Of a DNA stretch of 64,000 nt, positions 55,769 to 64,000 are shown piece after piece. Below the pieces are notes generated by a model. It searched no databases, had not been told where the DNA came from, and was given only the letters and a program-made list of their open reading frames with translations. Each line of letters opens with the position of its first letter. The stretch's first letter is position 1. The DNA comes from Isurus oxyrinchus (Eukaryota): assembly GCA_026770705.1 (NCBI GenBank), contig JANJGN010000034.1, positions 3,534,001 to 3,598,000 of the forward strand. Reading direction: 5' to 3'. The position numbers and the translations under genes were made by a program.

Positions 55769-58700
55769 GTCTGTCTATCTATCATTCTACTATAAATCTA
55801 TAACTCTATCTACTTTTTTATCTATGTATCTATCTATCAATCAATCTATCTATCTATCTAGATATATATATATCAATCTTCTGATCTATGTGTATATTCA
55901 TTTGACACGTCGCTTGATTTTTGTTTGTTTAATATATCAATTCACGTCATATCTCTCTATGATTCCAACCCCCCCCCCCCCCCCCCCCCCACTCCAGATC
56001 ACATATTTTTGTTTTGATTTCCATTCAATTAATTATTGAATTGATTTGTGGTGGTCACTATGTAAATTAACGCCAGTGCAATCTTAGGTAATATCTTTCA
56101 ATTTTTAACCGCTTAATCTCTAAGATCCAATTTTCTTCTTCTTTCTCTTATTTCCACTGTAAATGTTATTCCAATTATTCCAGAATCTTCTGTTCTTGAC
56201 TCTTATGCAAAATGTGACGGTTTCCCTCTATCTATTTCGCATAGGGAACTCGATTTTGACTCACTTCGATTAGAAGAAGAATTATTCTCTTCTCCAATGC
56301 CGGAGGATACCCCGAGCTTCATCAATCTGGGAACACCAGTGAAGACCAGCAGCGCGACAGAACATTACACTGCACCTGCCTTTGCCTTATCAAAATTTTA
56401 AATTATATTGTACAGCATGGTATCCAGAATTGTAAGAGACGTATCACATGAGGCTGAACCAGAATTTCCTAAAATCCACAAAAGATGTCTGGTTTGCTTT
56501 TGTACTCGAATAATGAATTTATAAATCCCACACCATCGTTTTTAACCACATGTGCAGCTTCTGCCGTTACTGTTAACCATCTGTGCACTTGCCCTGATCG
56601 CTATTGACTCATGCACCCTCTTGAGAATTGTAGAATTGTACTTGTTTAGCATCTTTTGGACCTCCCGACGAAAACAATAAAAGGTTTCCCTTTAAAGATT
56701 TAGGCAGCAGTATGTTACGTCTCCTACTTCCATATCATTTCACTACCTTTCACTTTAATCTTGGAGTCAACGAGTATAGTCCTCACACTTCATAGACCTT
56801 CCACGTTTTAATCAGCTGTATTTGTTTTGGAATTCTTTCATCTTCTCCCAATAATATTTAAAATGCATCTTCTTGTTACCTTCTATCAAAGATTAACAGC
56901 GATTCCTTGTTGTTTACTGTAACTCAGCAGGCTTCATATCCATGCCCTCATGAAGCTTTTGCATCGTGTGTGCCCACTGACATGTCGAACTCTCGACACA
57001 TTTATGTATTGTCCTTCACAAATAAGAAACGTGTAAATAAATATTGATGTCACCGATGCCGCAATTGAAAAATTGAAATTCTTGATGTACCCTCTAATTA
57101 ACCCAACACTATTTGAAGCGGCTGACCAGTTCTGTTGTTATGCCACTGCACACCTGTTACTTCAAGATTTTTCTTCAGGCTTGCTAATTCTGAATCAAAG
57201 AGAAAGACAGAGTGCTTCATGTGTGGGAGCAAAGAACACAATTGCATTAAACATGAACTGTTATTGGTTTGTTCAATTTTGGTCAAGGACACAACTAACC
57301 AGAATCTTGTCAAGGAGAATTAATGGTAATAATGAAGAACATCAGTTAGGACTAACACCTAATATCTGAATCAACAACAAATTACATCAGAAAAGAGCAT
57401 CTAAAATAAAAAACAAACTCTAATAACAAATAGCAGGGTAATTACAAAATAGGACCTGCCCACATAAAGGGGCTTTGTCGCTGTTGAACAGATGCCTGGT
57501 TCAAAGGTTCCACCTAGATGTTAGATGCAGCAGGTATGAGCTGTCCTGTAGAAGACAGTTGGAGAATTGCTGTGGTCACCCTGTTGCCTCGTCCACGCTG
57601 CCGCCTGTCGATGCTGGTGTTGGAGTTTCTGGATGCCTGAGGTGATGGAAGGATTGCCGTTCAAGTGGACTTCTTTGCTAAATGTCATGTGGATATTCCT
57701 GAGTGTTTTTGCAACTGCTTTGATTCAGGGAATTGTGGAGTATTCTATAATAATCCTCGTTGGACATTTCTAAATTATGGACATTTTCCGGGAAGTCGGC
57801 AAGTGGTTTTTCGCTGCTGAATATGCAACACCTAGCCTCGTATTGTAATGTCTGGCTAAGAAAAGTAACTTTAGTCATCAATTGCACCATCCAGGTTTCC
57901 AATGTTTGGCCAGCCAGGAAGGCCAGTACAAATCAATGTCACGAAGCAAATGTTAGATATTTAATTGTTGTAGAGAGTTAATTGTTGCTTTTGCATATCG
58001 TTGGTTCTGCACTTCACTTCGCAAAGCACACATGGGTAAGCTACGAAACCTTGCCCTGTAGGAGTGAAATTAATTAATGAGACATGGCAGATGGCTGTTT
58101 CTGAAGTACAACTCGGCTTTCCTCCAGTGGCAATACATTCTGCTGATAAAATTTTCCTAAAACAATTGTAAATGTTTTTCACGGTGCTAGGTGTGTATGG
58201 AAGGTGCTAGGCAAATGCTAACTAGTGAAATTTAGCTAACTGATACCCATTTCTTTGAACTTTGCTTGGGCCCCTTTTTCCTGAGATTGGTCAATGCTCC
58301 TTTGATGTCAAAATCATTCACACTCACGATGTATCATGGGGTTCAGCCTCTTTCGTACATGTTTTGACCTAGGCTGGAATGACTTTCAGAGTTAATTGGC
58401 CCTGTCAGCGCCCACACTGAGCATCAGTGAAGAAACATCCATGTGGCCGGCTAGCTGTGTGACAGCCGTCGCACTTGCACATTTTGGCTTAGACAGCAGT
58501 AAATTCTGAAGCTTATTCGGGAAGTTATCAACGCCAGAGGCAGCAGCTCTATACGTGCCTTCAACGATTCTTAGACATAACTTTAATGGAACCAAAATCG
58601 CAAATGACTGTCGTCTGTGTCTAGCAGCAGCAGGAGACAAATAGAATCATCAATAGGCATCTCCACCTTATGAATCGTACTTTCATTTTTATTTTTTTTG

Positions 58701-61700
58701 TTCGTGTCTACACCTCCATTCACGATAAAGTAACATTATTGTAAATATTTGCTATCATATAATAGGATGTAATTAGTGATAATTTCTAAGATGCCTCTTT
58801 TCCGGGCAAATTGATGGCAATATTTCGCATTGTTTGTGGTGATCAATCGCATTTCCACCTCTGAACTCTCAGCAAAGTCAACAAGTACCTTTCCCTTGTG
58901 CTTGCTGCATTTCCTCTAAGAGGGACAAACATAATTAGGGTCAATAATGTGCTGGAAATATTGCAAATACTTGTGGCAACAATACTGCCAAAACAATACA
59001 TTTTCAGCTACATCGCATTTGCCGTGGAATATACAAAAAGGCAAGGGCTGACATCAGTAACAAAGAAAGCGTATATTTGTAAATCCACTTTTAAAATGGT
59101 TTCATACTTTAACAAAATTATGAGCCACAAAATCATACGTAAATGGGCATGGAATAAAAATAGCATGCCAAGTATGTTAGACAACTAATTCTATGTTAAG
59201 CGACCTATTGTTCAAATTGAATTCAAAAGCGATGAACGAGGTTGTCAGAGTGGGATGCCACACCTAGCTACCCAAACAAATGAGGTCACCGGTGTCATTG
59301 CTTGGGCACTGAATGAGTAGAAGGAACAAGAATTCTGAATGCATGGGACGCTGAAAACGTGGAATGTCGTACGTGTGAAACCGAATATAAAGATAAAAAT
59401 CCATGTAGAATTTGTTAACAGGAACGTAGATTTAGCAAAGAAGATTCTCCAAAAGGGGCGGCAATAAACAATTGCTGAACAACGGGTTGGAACTAAAAGG
59501 ATTTTCGGATCTGGCAGCATACCCGATTATTTCATTTAGAAGAATGGAAGGAGAGGGCAGCTGGTGATTCAAAAAATGGGACAATCATTATGGATAATAA
59601 GAACGAATTTCGCATTTTGGACGCCATGTGCAAATATATTGAAGCAAAACCAAGTTTTCTACATCTAAGTTCTTAACGGTGCTCTCTTTAGCACAGGCCG
59701 TGAAAGGTTCTAGTCACTAAATTTGAACAACAATTCCAGTTCTTTACTTGGTTTCTGTGTATCTGTCTATGCATCTATCTAGTCATCTAATTATCTTTGT
59801 CTAAAATATCCAGTCAATAAATATATCTCGCTGTTTCAAAGCTTCTGTTTGTTTTTCTTAAATTAATACACCTTTTGGCTTGTAGAGGTCAGTATTGAAA
59901 ATAAACCCAGAACAATCTCGGGAAGTGCATTTCATTTATTTTTTAATGGCTTGAGTGCAAACAAACTTTTTTACTTTCTTTGTATCCATATTAATTGTCG
60001 TTCAACTTTTATAGGCATCTCCTGTTCTTGACACAACCAAAAATAAATAGTGACACTTTCTCTCTATCTTATTGGTCTAGAAAACTCGTAATTTTGAGAG
60101 ATTTCGAAAGAAAGATCTTTTACCCTTCCCTTATATGGTCGGATAGGCCGTGTTTCATAATACTGAAATCATCACTGAAGCTCTCCATTCAGAATGATGT
60201 TCCCTTACAAATACTCTTAACTCGTCTAAAATCTCTGCATCGTTCCTAAAGTGCTGTACACAGTATTTGACGGGATTTAGTAGTTGTGGCTGAACGAGTA
60301 TTTCGCAAATTCCAGCAGAAATTCAAGGTTTGCTTTTGTGCTCGATCCCTGAATTGATACAGACCACAAATCTGTGTTTCTTTTTAACCACGGTTTCGCC
60401 TTGCACTGTTTCCCTTATCCATAGATGTGGATTTCTTCATTTCTCTATGTTGACGCGCCATCCTAAGATTTGCACATTTATCCTAATTTTGCATGGGCTG
60501 GATTCCTCTCAAAAAAAGTTACATTTCATAGTTAAAGGCATTAGTGTATTTCACCAGTCACTTACTTATCAGTCCAAACAGCATGTTCGAGTACTCTAAT
60601 AAAGACCTCACGCTTCCTAAATCTTTCATGTTTGATTGAGCTGCTTTTCTGATGAAACTCTACGACCTGCTCGCAATAATATGGATATGCTGTGTTCCAA
60701 TTACCTTTCATAATCGAAAAGTAAACGTCCACAAATACGTTTTGTGCCCTGTCACTCAGCAAGCTTCATTTCGATGCCTGCTCGACCCTTGTATCCCATG
60801 GGTGACTACTGACCTGTCAATCTCTCGACACGTTCATGTATTATGATCCACACATAGGAAGCGGTGCTTTAGTGTAACCAAATATTGATGGTAATGATTA
60901 ATCAATCAACAAAGCAAAACCTGCGATTTCCCTACTAATTAATCGACCAATGTTTTGGAGCAGGTGACCCTTCCTATTGTTATTATATTGCACACCTGTA
61001 GCGTCGTGATTTTTTTTCAAAGTTGCTAGTTCTGCAATTAAAATAATAGAGAATCACATTAATGAGAACGAACAACTTGGTTGCATTGAACGTGGAATAT
61101 CATTGTTCACAACATGTATTACATTTCATCTATGATTTAGCCTGCACTGCACACAGTGGTAACGGTCTCAGAAGCATAAGCCGTGTCATTGCTTCATTTA
61201 AAATACAGCAAAAACAGAGGAAAATAGCTACCCTACTGTCCAAGGAAAATTGAAGTAGATGAACAAGATATCAGCAGGCAGGTTGATTCAAAAACGGCCT
61301 TCTTGTTATTTTTTTCTTAAAGTACACAACGATATGCATAGGCTTTGGTGAATGCTAATGATTAGAGCACTGCAGATGGGAGAATCAGCTGCGTTTTGAT
61401 TTTTCTTGCTGTAGCTTGGACAGCTTGCTACAGTTTGGACATAATGAGGGGCGGGCGACTTAAAAACAATTTCGTTCTAAATTTTCTCTTTGGAAAGTGA
61501 GCCTCTTTTAAGTACATGGCCTGTCCTATCTCTGGGACTAGTTCATAAGGAATGAGCCCAATCAAAAATTGCCCCATCACTCGCTCAATTTTAATCCAGG
61601 AGGCGACTTATTAATATTTTCTCAAGCACAATTATTTGTAGTAATTATGTGGTTCATTAAAAATAATGCCAAAAATCTGAAAGCAACAGAAACTTATATT

Positions 61701-63240
61701 TGCAAAGAGTACTAACATAATGACAACTCACAAAGCAATTAAGAGTCCACTTACAAAATATCACCTTACCACCCTTAATGGGACATTCAGACTATTGACC
61801 AAACGTTTGGTTCAAGAGTTGCTTTTCTTGGTAGAGGCAAGAGGAGTGAGAAGTGCTGTGGAAGTTACGTTGGAGAGTTGCTGCGGTCCATATGTTATCT
61901 CGGCCACGTTCTGCCAGTATATGCATGTGTTGGACGTACTGACAGTCTAAGGGTGAGGATGGGGATGCCGTTCCAGTGGACTCAATTGCTCAAGGTTAAG
62001 TCCTGAATGCTTGTGCCACTGTACTCATCCAAATGGGTGGTAAGTAACTTTTGGACATGTTTTGGGATGTCAGGAAGTGGCTTCTCGCTGCTGTATTTAC
62101 AATCTCTGGTTTCCTGTTTCATCCATTGTATTGTATGGCAAATATAATTTTCTGATTCATTGCACAATTCAGAATGTGAGTAGTTGGCGCATTAGATTGG
62201 CTACCGTCAATGAATGTGAAGAAGAAATGAAAAGATGTTGCATCGTTGGAGAGGGCCATTTTATGGTATTTGGGTCATTTTCGTATTATGTTTCACTTTG
62301 CATCGCAAGCAGGATATCGAACTGGATGGAAAGCTATTGATGAGGAATCTGAAGAAGATTTTTTTTAAAGAGCATTCAGGAAGTTCTCCAGTAGCAATAT
62401 GTTTGCTTTGACAAGATTTGCTTCTTACAAGAAACATTTTGCTTAGAGCACGGTACTCGTGCTTGTCTGCTCACTGATTCCCAGTTACTTTAGATTTGTT
62501 TGAGCTCCTTGATCCGATATTCGGTCAATAGTCATATGATGTTGATGACAGTCACTCTCACAATGTCTCTGGAGTTCAGCCCTTCGCCCTTTTTTTGACC
62601 AAGGCTGCAACCATTGTAGGATTCGATTGGAACTGTTGGAATCCAATCCGAACATCAGTGAACAAATACCAATCTCACTTGTTAAATGAGTGTCTGTTGA
62701 AGTTACACTTGTGTTGTTTGCCTTGAACCACAGTACTTTCTGAGGTTCATCCAGCAATTTGCCATAGGATGCAGCAGTTGCTCTGCAAAATGGTTTCATA
62801 TGTTCCATGTAATCATTTGAACGGCTTCAAAATCACAATTGACTGACATCTGTATTGCTAGGGACGACAAGAAGAGGCAACATTTATTCATCAAATAGTC
62901 ACCTCAAGCTTGATGATTGTCGCTAACCTTTCAGGCCTGACTTTTCACAACTTTGCAGAGATCGTTCATCATTGTATGTACTTGGGCAGCATCATTTATT
63001 CTTTTTATTTGTTTGTTTGTTGTACTTTACGACAACATTTACGACAACGTAACCAAACTGCAATCTTCTGCAACGATATAATTGGAGGGTAATTCATGAA
63101 ATTATCAATGTTATCTCTTTTACGCCCTAACAGATTTTCATTAGCGAATGTGTCATTGCATGTGATGATCAGTTGTTTTTGCACATATTCTCTCTATGGA
63201 ATGTCAACAATACCTTTCTCTTTTTCTTTTAACTTTTCCT
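2174..63240 (-). CDS. Partial multi-micro-exon gene (5' end outside window) encoding a long 21-aa-periodic coiled coil
   Basis: 23 AG..GT-bounded phase-1 exons splice in frame to [234 protein letters not shown]. The end of the CDS is uncertain. Confidence 0.85.
2408..2434 (-). CDS. 27-nt micro-exon (DQVKNEHVS)
   Basis: tttccacctcgtgtaccaacag|ATCAAGTCAAGAATGAACATGTTTCAG|gtaagg. Confidence 0.75.
2950..3750 (+). mobile_element. Highly degraded CR1-type RT fragment
   Basis: LAHIFNNS-like and xxKCxVxHxG-like remnants with many stops. Confidence 0.5.
4439..4660. mobile_element. Palindromic Penelope-derived element with probable target-site duplication
   Basis: ~90-bp inverted arms matching the terminus of the element near 41700-41790; flanked by aattttata at 4430-4438 and 4663-4671. 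Confidence 0.8.
6471..6620. repeat. (CA)n-rich microsatellite
   Basis: Visible CA runs. Confidence 0.95.
6700..6735 (-). CDS. 36-nt micro-exon ([12 protein letters not shown])
   Basis: cttttctgtgacttag|AATTATCCACGTGCCACAACTCGATAAAAGAATTAG|gtgagc. Confidence 0.8.
8458..8484 (-). CDS. 27-nt micro-exon (EKKLEEKGI)
   Basis: ggttctgtacaatag|AAAAAAAGCTGGAAGAGAAAGGCATAG|gtaact; splice sites resemble those of the exon at 27711. Confidence 0.8.
   Translation of the reverse strand, partial: KKSWKRKA
8803..9040. repeat. (CA)n-rich microsatellite
   Basis: Visible CA runs. Confidence 0.95.
9121..9156 (-). CDS. 36-nt micro-exon ([12 protein letters not shown])
   Basis: cttttctgtgacttag|AAATATCCAATTGCCTGAACTTGATAAAAGAATTAG|gtgagc. 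Confidence 0.8.
10038..10064 (-). CDS. 27-nt micro-exon (EDAIRGLNR)
   Basis: cttgtttgtttcaaatag|AGGATGCAATACGTGGACTAAATCGAG|gtaggt. Confidence 0.75.
10478..10513 (-). CDS. Possible 36-nt micro-exon ([12 protein letters not shown]), not counted among the 23
   Basis: catcctacattctcag|GATTTACAGTCAGGGATATAATTAAAAACGAAGAAG|gttaat. Length, phase and position fit, but the donor is weak and the peptide is unlike the other 36-nt exons. Confidence 0.3.
11900..13650 (+). mobile_element. Old CR1-type LINE (ORF1 remnant and endonuclease region)
   Basis: ARSIxxxxDEL-like start of the APE domain near 12615, YRPP motif near 12907, DHNMIEF near 13195; decayed. Confidence 0.65.
13654..14520 (-). mobile_element. 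Younger CR1-type LINE 3' fragment inserted antisense into the older copy
   Basis: [31 protein letters not shown] and LEYCEQF motifs; ataagaccataagac tail. Confidence 0.9.
14530..15190 (+). mobile_element. Old CR1-type RT region
   Basis: VPxGxVLG, YINDL and YAxDTR (YADD-like) remnants. Confidence 0.7.
15240..15860 (+). mobile_element. Degraded CR1/L2-clade LINE 3' fragment
   Basis: [37 protein letters not shown], the RT C-terminal motif. Confidence 0.65.
18555..18572 (-). CDS. 18-nt micro-exon (EAVKAK)
   Basis: TACTAAC branch point (18595-18601), then atattacag|AAGCGGTAAAAGCCAAAG|gtaggg; phase 1-1 and open. Confidence 0.6.
19380..21130 (+). mobile_element. Degraded CR1-type ORF2
   Basis: HDMIEI, FLSVFT, DKSxxP and [12 protein letters not shown]-like remnants. 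Confidence 0.65.
21900..22560 (-). mobile_element. Degraded CR1/L2-clade LINE 3' fragment
   Basis: Reverse-complement similarity to 15240-15860; related decayed pieces recur in the tandem units. Confidence 0.6.
22760..23480. repeat. G-rich interspersed element, unclassified
   Basis: Abrupt G-rich strand bias between LINE fragments; its ORFs are low-complexity. Confidence 0.4.
24318..27200 (-). mobile_element. ~2.9-kb degraded CR1-type ORF2 (endonuclease to 3' tail)
   Basis: [10 protein letters not shown] (endonuclease), [18 protein letters not shown] (RT) and a taagaacttaagaa tail. Confidence 0.85.
27711..27737 (-). CDS. 27-nt micro-exon (EKKTDEAAK)
   Basis: ggttctccataatag|AAAAAAAGACGGACGAAGCAGCCAAAG|gtaaca. 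Confidence 0.8.
28071..28106 (-). CDS. 36-nt micro-exon ([12 protein letters not shown])
   Basis: tttcttctgttgttcag|AATTGGCCGCCTGCCAAAACTCTTTAAAAGCAATAG|gtgagt (consensus donor). Confidence 0.85.
30232..30258 (-). CDS. 27-nt micro-exon (EVILKDKEA)
   Basis: tttttgacattcag|AGGTGATTTTGAAAGACAAGGAGGCAG|gtacgt. Confidence 0.85.
31087..31585. other. N gap
   Basis: Run of N containing four called bases. Confidence 1.
32907..32942 (-). CDS. 36-nt micro-exon ([12 protein letters not shown])
   Basis: gctttaattgtag|AGTTAGCAAGGGTGAAGAAAAATCTCGCAACTACAG|gtatgc. Confidence 0.85.
34761..34787 (-). CDS. 27-nt micro-exon (DERLEGQGK)
   Basis: tttctctccctcag|ATGAAAGGTTGGAGGGGCAAGGGAAAG|gtactt. Confidence 0.85.
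37036..37071 (-). CDS. 36-nt micro-exon ([12 protein letters not shown])
   Basis: ttgttataatcgcag|AATTAGCAAATCTGAAGAAAAATCTCCAAAATACAG|gtgcgc. Confidence 0.85.
38592..38618 (-). CDS. 27-nt micro-exon (ESMLKDKEG)
   Basis: tttctcacccacag|AGTCAATGTTGAAAGACAAAGAGGGAG|gtactt. Confidence 0.85.
39459..39606. other. N gap
   Basis: Run of N. Confidence 1.
40290..41790 (+). mobile_element. Penelope-like element 3' part (RT C-terminus, GIY-YIG endonuclease, terminal repeat)
   Basis: [26 protein letters not shown] and [31 protein letters not shown]; contains stops. Confidence 0.9.
41955..42300 (-). mobile_element. tRNA-derived SINE
   Basis: Homologous to 45660-46000; tRNA-like head remnant at the right end, LINE-like tail at the left. 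Confidence 0.6.
42586..42621 (-). CDS. 36-nt micro-exon ([12 protein letters not shown])
   Basis: gctttaatggcag|AATTAGCAAGCCTGAAGAAAAAGCTCGATGCTGCAG|gtgcgc. Confidence 0.85.
44441..44467 (-). CDS. 27-nt micro-exon (DGRLDEHGK)
   Basis: tttctccttctcag|ACGGAAGGTTGGATGAACATGGGAAAG|gtactt. Confidence 0.85.
45660..46000 (-). mobile_element. tRNA-derived SINE
   Basis: gagggcatatcagagtcaacc..ggagtcacgtgtaggccagaccaggtaag core; same family as 41955-42300. Confidence 0.6.
46231..46266 (-). CDS. 36-nt micro-exon ([12 protein letters not shown])
   Basis: gttttaattgcag|AATTAGCAACGCTGAAGAAAAATCTCGAAACTGCAG|gtgctc. Confidence 0.85.
47779..48919. mobile_element. Large inverted repeat formed by two Penelope 3' ends
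   Basis: Two ~570-bp arms centred near 48360; the right arm resembles 41220-41790. Confidence 0.85.
50430..50456 (-). CDS. 27-nt micro-exon (ENKLEEQLK)
   Basis: tttttctccctctcag|AGAATAAGTTGGAAGAGCAATTGAAAG|gtattc. Confidence 0.85.
51276..52169. other. N gap
   Basis: Run of N. Confidence 1.
52803..52868. repeat. (TA)n microsatellite
   Basis: Visible. Confidence 0.95.
53239..53274 (-). CDS. 36-nt micro-exon ([12 protein letters not shown])
   Basis: gttttaatatcag|AATTGGCAAGCCTAAGGATAAATCTTAAAGATACAG|gtacac. Confidence 0.85.
54780..54806 (-). CDS. 27-nt micro-exon (EEKLKDTEK)
   Basis: ttcctccttctcag|AGGAAAAGTTGAAAGACACGGAGAAAG|gtagtt. Confidence 0.85.
55696..55862. repeat. (TATC)n microsatellite
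   Basis: Visible; degenerate counterparts near 35637 and 59755. Confidence 0.95.
57154..57189 (-). CDS. 36-nt micro-exon ([12 protein letters not shown])
   Basis: ctttctctttgattcag|AATTAGCAAGCCTGAAGAAAAATCTTGAAGTAACAG|gtgtgc. Confidence 0.85.
58889..58915 (-). CDS. 27-nt micro-exon (EEMQQAQGK)
   Basis: tttgtccctcttag|AGGAAATGCAGCAAGCACAAGGGAAAG|gtactt. Confidence 0.8.
60996..61031 (-). CDS. 36-nt micro-exon ([12 protein letters not shown])
   Basis: ttttaattgcag|AACTAGCAACTTTGAAAAAAAATCACGACGCTACAG|gtgtgc. Confidence 0.85.
63214..63240 (-). CDS. 27-nt micro-exon (EEKLKEKEK)
   Basis: tttctcgctctcag|AGGAAAAGTTAAAAGAAAAAGAGAAAG|gtattg. Confidence 0.85.
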
Positions 63241-64000
63241 CTGAGAGCGAGAAACATAATTACTTCAATATTGTTTTGAACATAATGCAATGACTGTGGC
63301 TGCAAGAAGGCCAAAACCAAGTTTTTTTCTGCTGTTTAACATGTGGGTGGGATATGGAAAAATGCATTTAATTGCAATAAAGTAAAAATAGTAAGGCACT
63401 TTGATTAAGGACGAAATGTCTGGTAACAATTTTATCCAACAGAGAGTAACGATATACGGAGAGCAGAGAGGCCATAAAGAACTACATACTCAGCTCAGTG
63501 AACATGTGACGAATAAGTAGAAGGTACAAGAGTTCTGAATTCAAGGACGGAAAGAAATATCAAAAACAGTAGATATGAAGTGATGAAATAGGCAGACATC
63601 CACTTAAATTATCTTAGCAGGGAACACAGATTAAGTGACGAGTTTTAGCCAAACCCCGAAACAATGTAAAGTTGATAAACACAAGTTTGGCAACCAAACG
63701 GGATTTGGGATATCAAAGCATTAGTTTCGCATTACTTCAAACAGAAGGAAAAAAGAAGATGGCATTCTGTCGATGAAGAATTTCGGATAGTGAGTGTGGA
63801 TAATATGAAGCAAGTGTGATGTTTTGGACAATCATGTGCATATGTCTTAAAATACAAGTACGTTTCACACATCTAATTATTTAGCCCCGCCTTTTTTTCT
63901 TACAGAACACGGAATGTTGCAATAGCTAATGTTTAACGGTAATTCCTGTTGTGTGTTTTGGTATCTCTTTTTCTGTCCATTCATTCATCCGGCTATCTAT

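Larger units (their letters stand above)
28600..64000. repeat. Diverged tandem segmental array of ~4.2-kb units, about 8 copies, each normally carrying one 27-nt and one 36-nt exon
   Basis: Homologous blocks recur in the same order (e.g. cttctgttcttgac; ttttggaca..catgtgcaaat). Spacings of the 27-nt exons are 4529, 3831, 5849, 5989, 4350, 4109 and 4325 bp. The two long spacings contain Penelope insertions. Confidence 0.9.

Noticed and set aside
2174-63240. Assigning a gene symbol (BST2, PLVAP, BG/BTN, FCER2, tropomyosin or myosin)
   Set aside because: Only generic coiled-coil or exon-architecture resemblance; no diagnostic domain lies in the window.
28600-64000. CRISPR-like or V(D)J-segment reading of the regularly spaced short motifs
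   Set aside because: Eukaryotic DNA with kb-scale homologous spacers. The motifs are bounded by splice sites, and I saw no heptamer/nonamer recombination signals beside them.

Overview
Repeat-rich vertebrate genomic DNA, most likely a cartilaginous fish (shark), inferred from the CR1-type LINE, Penelope-like and tRNA-SINE families present. The ORF track shows no long intact ORF. Reading the minus strand by hand reveals a chain of at least 23 micro-exons: 12 of 27 nt, 10 of 36 nt and 1 of 18 nt. Each has an AG acceptor and a GT donor, is phase 1-1 and is stop-free. They mostly alternate 27/36 nt, so each pair encodes 21 aa (three heptads) of a leucine-rich coiled coil, about 234 aa in total. 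From about 28.6 kb to 64 kb the exon pair sits in a ~4.2-kb genomic unit duplicated about 8 times. The 5' end of the gene lies beyond position 64000, so its identity cannot be established here. The rest of the window is degraded LINEs, Penelope-derived inverted repeats, SINEs, microsatellites and three N gaps. Exon coordinates were counted exactly; repeat boundaries are approximate.
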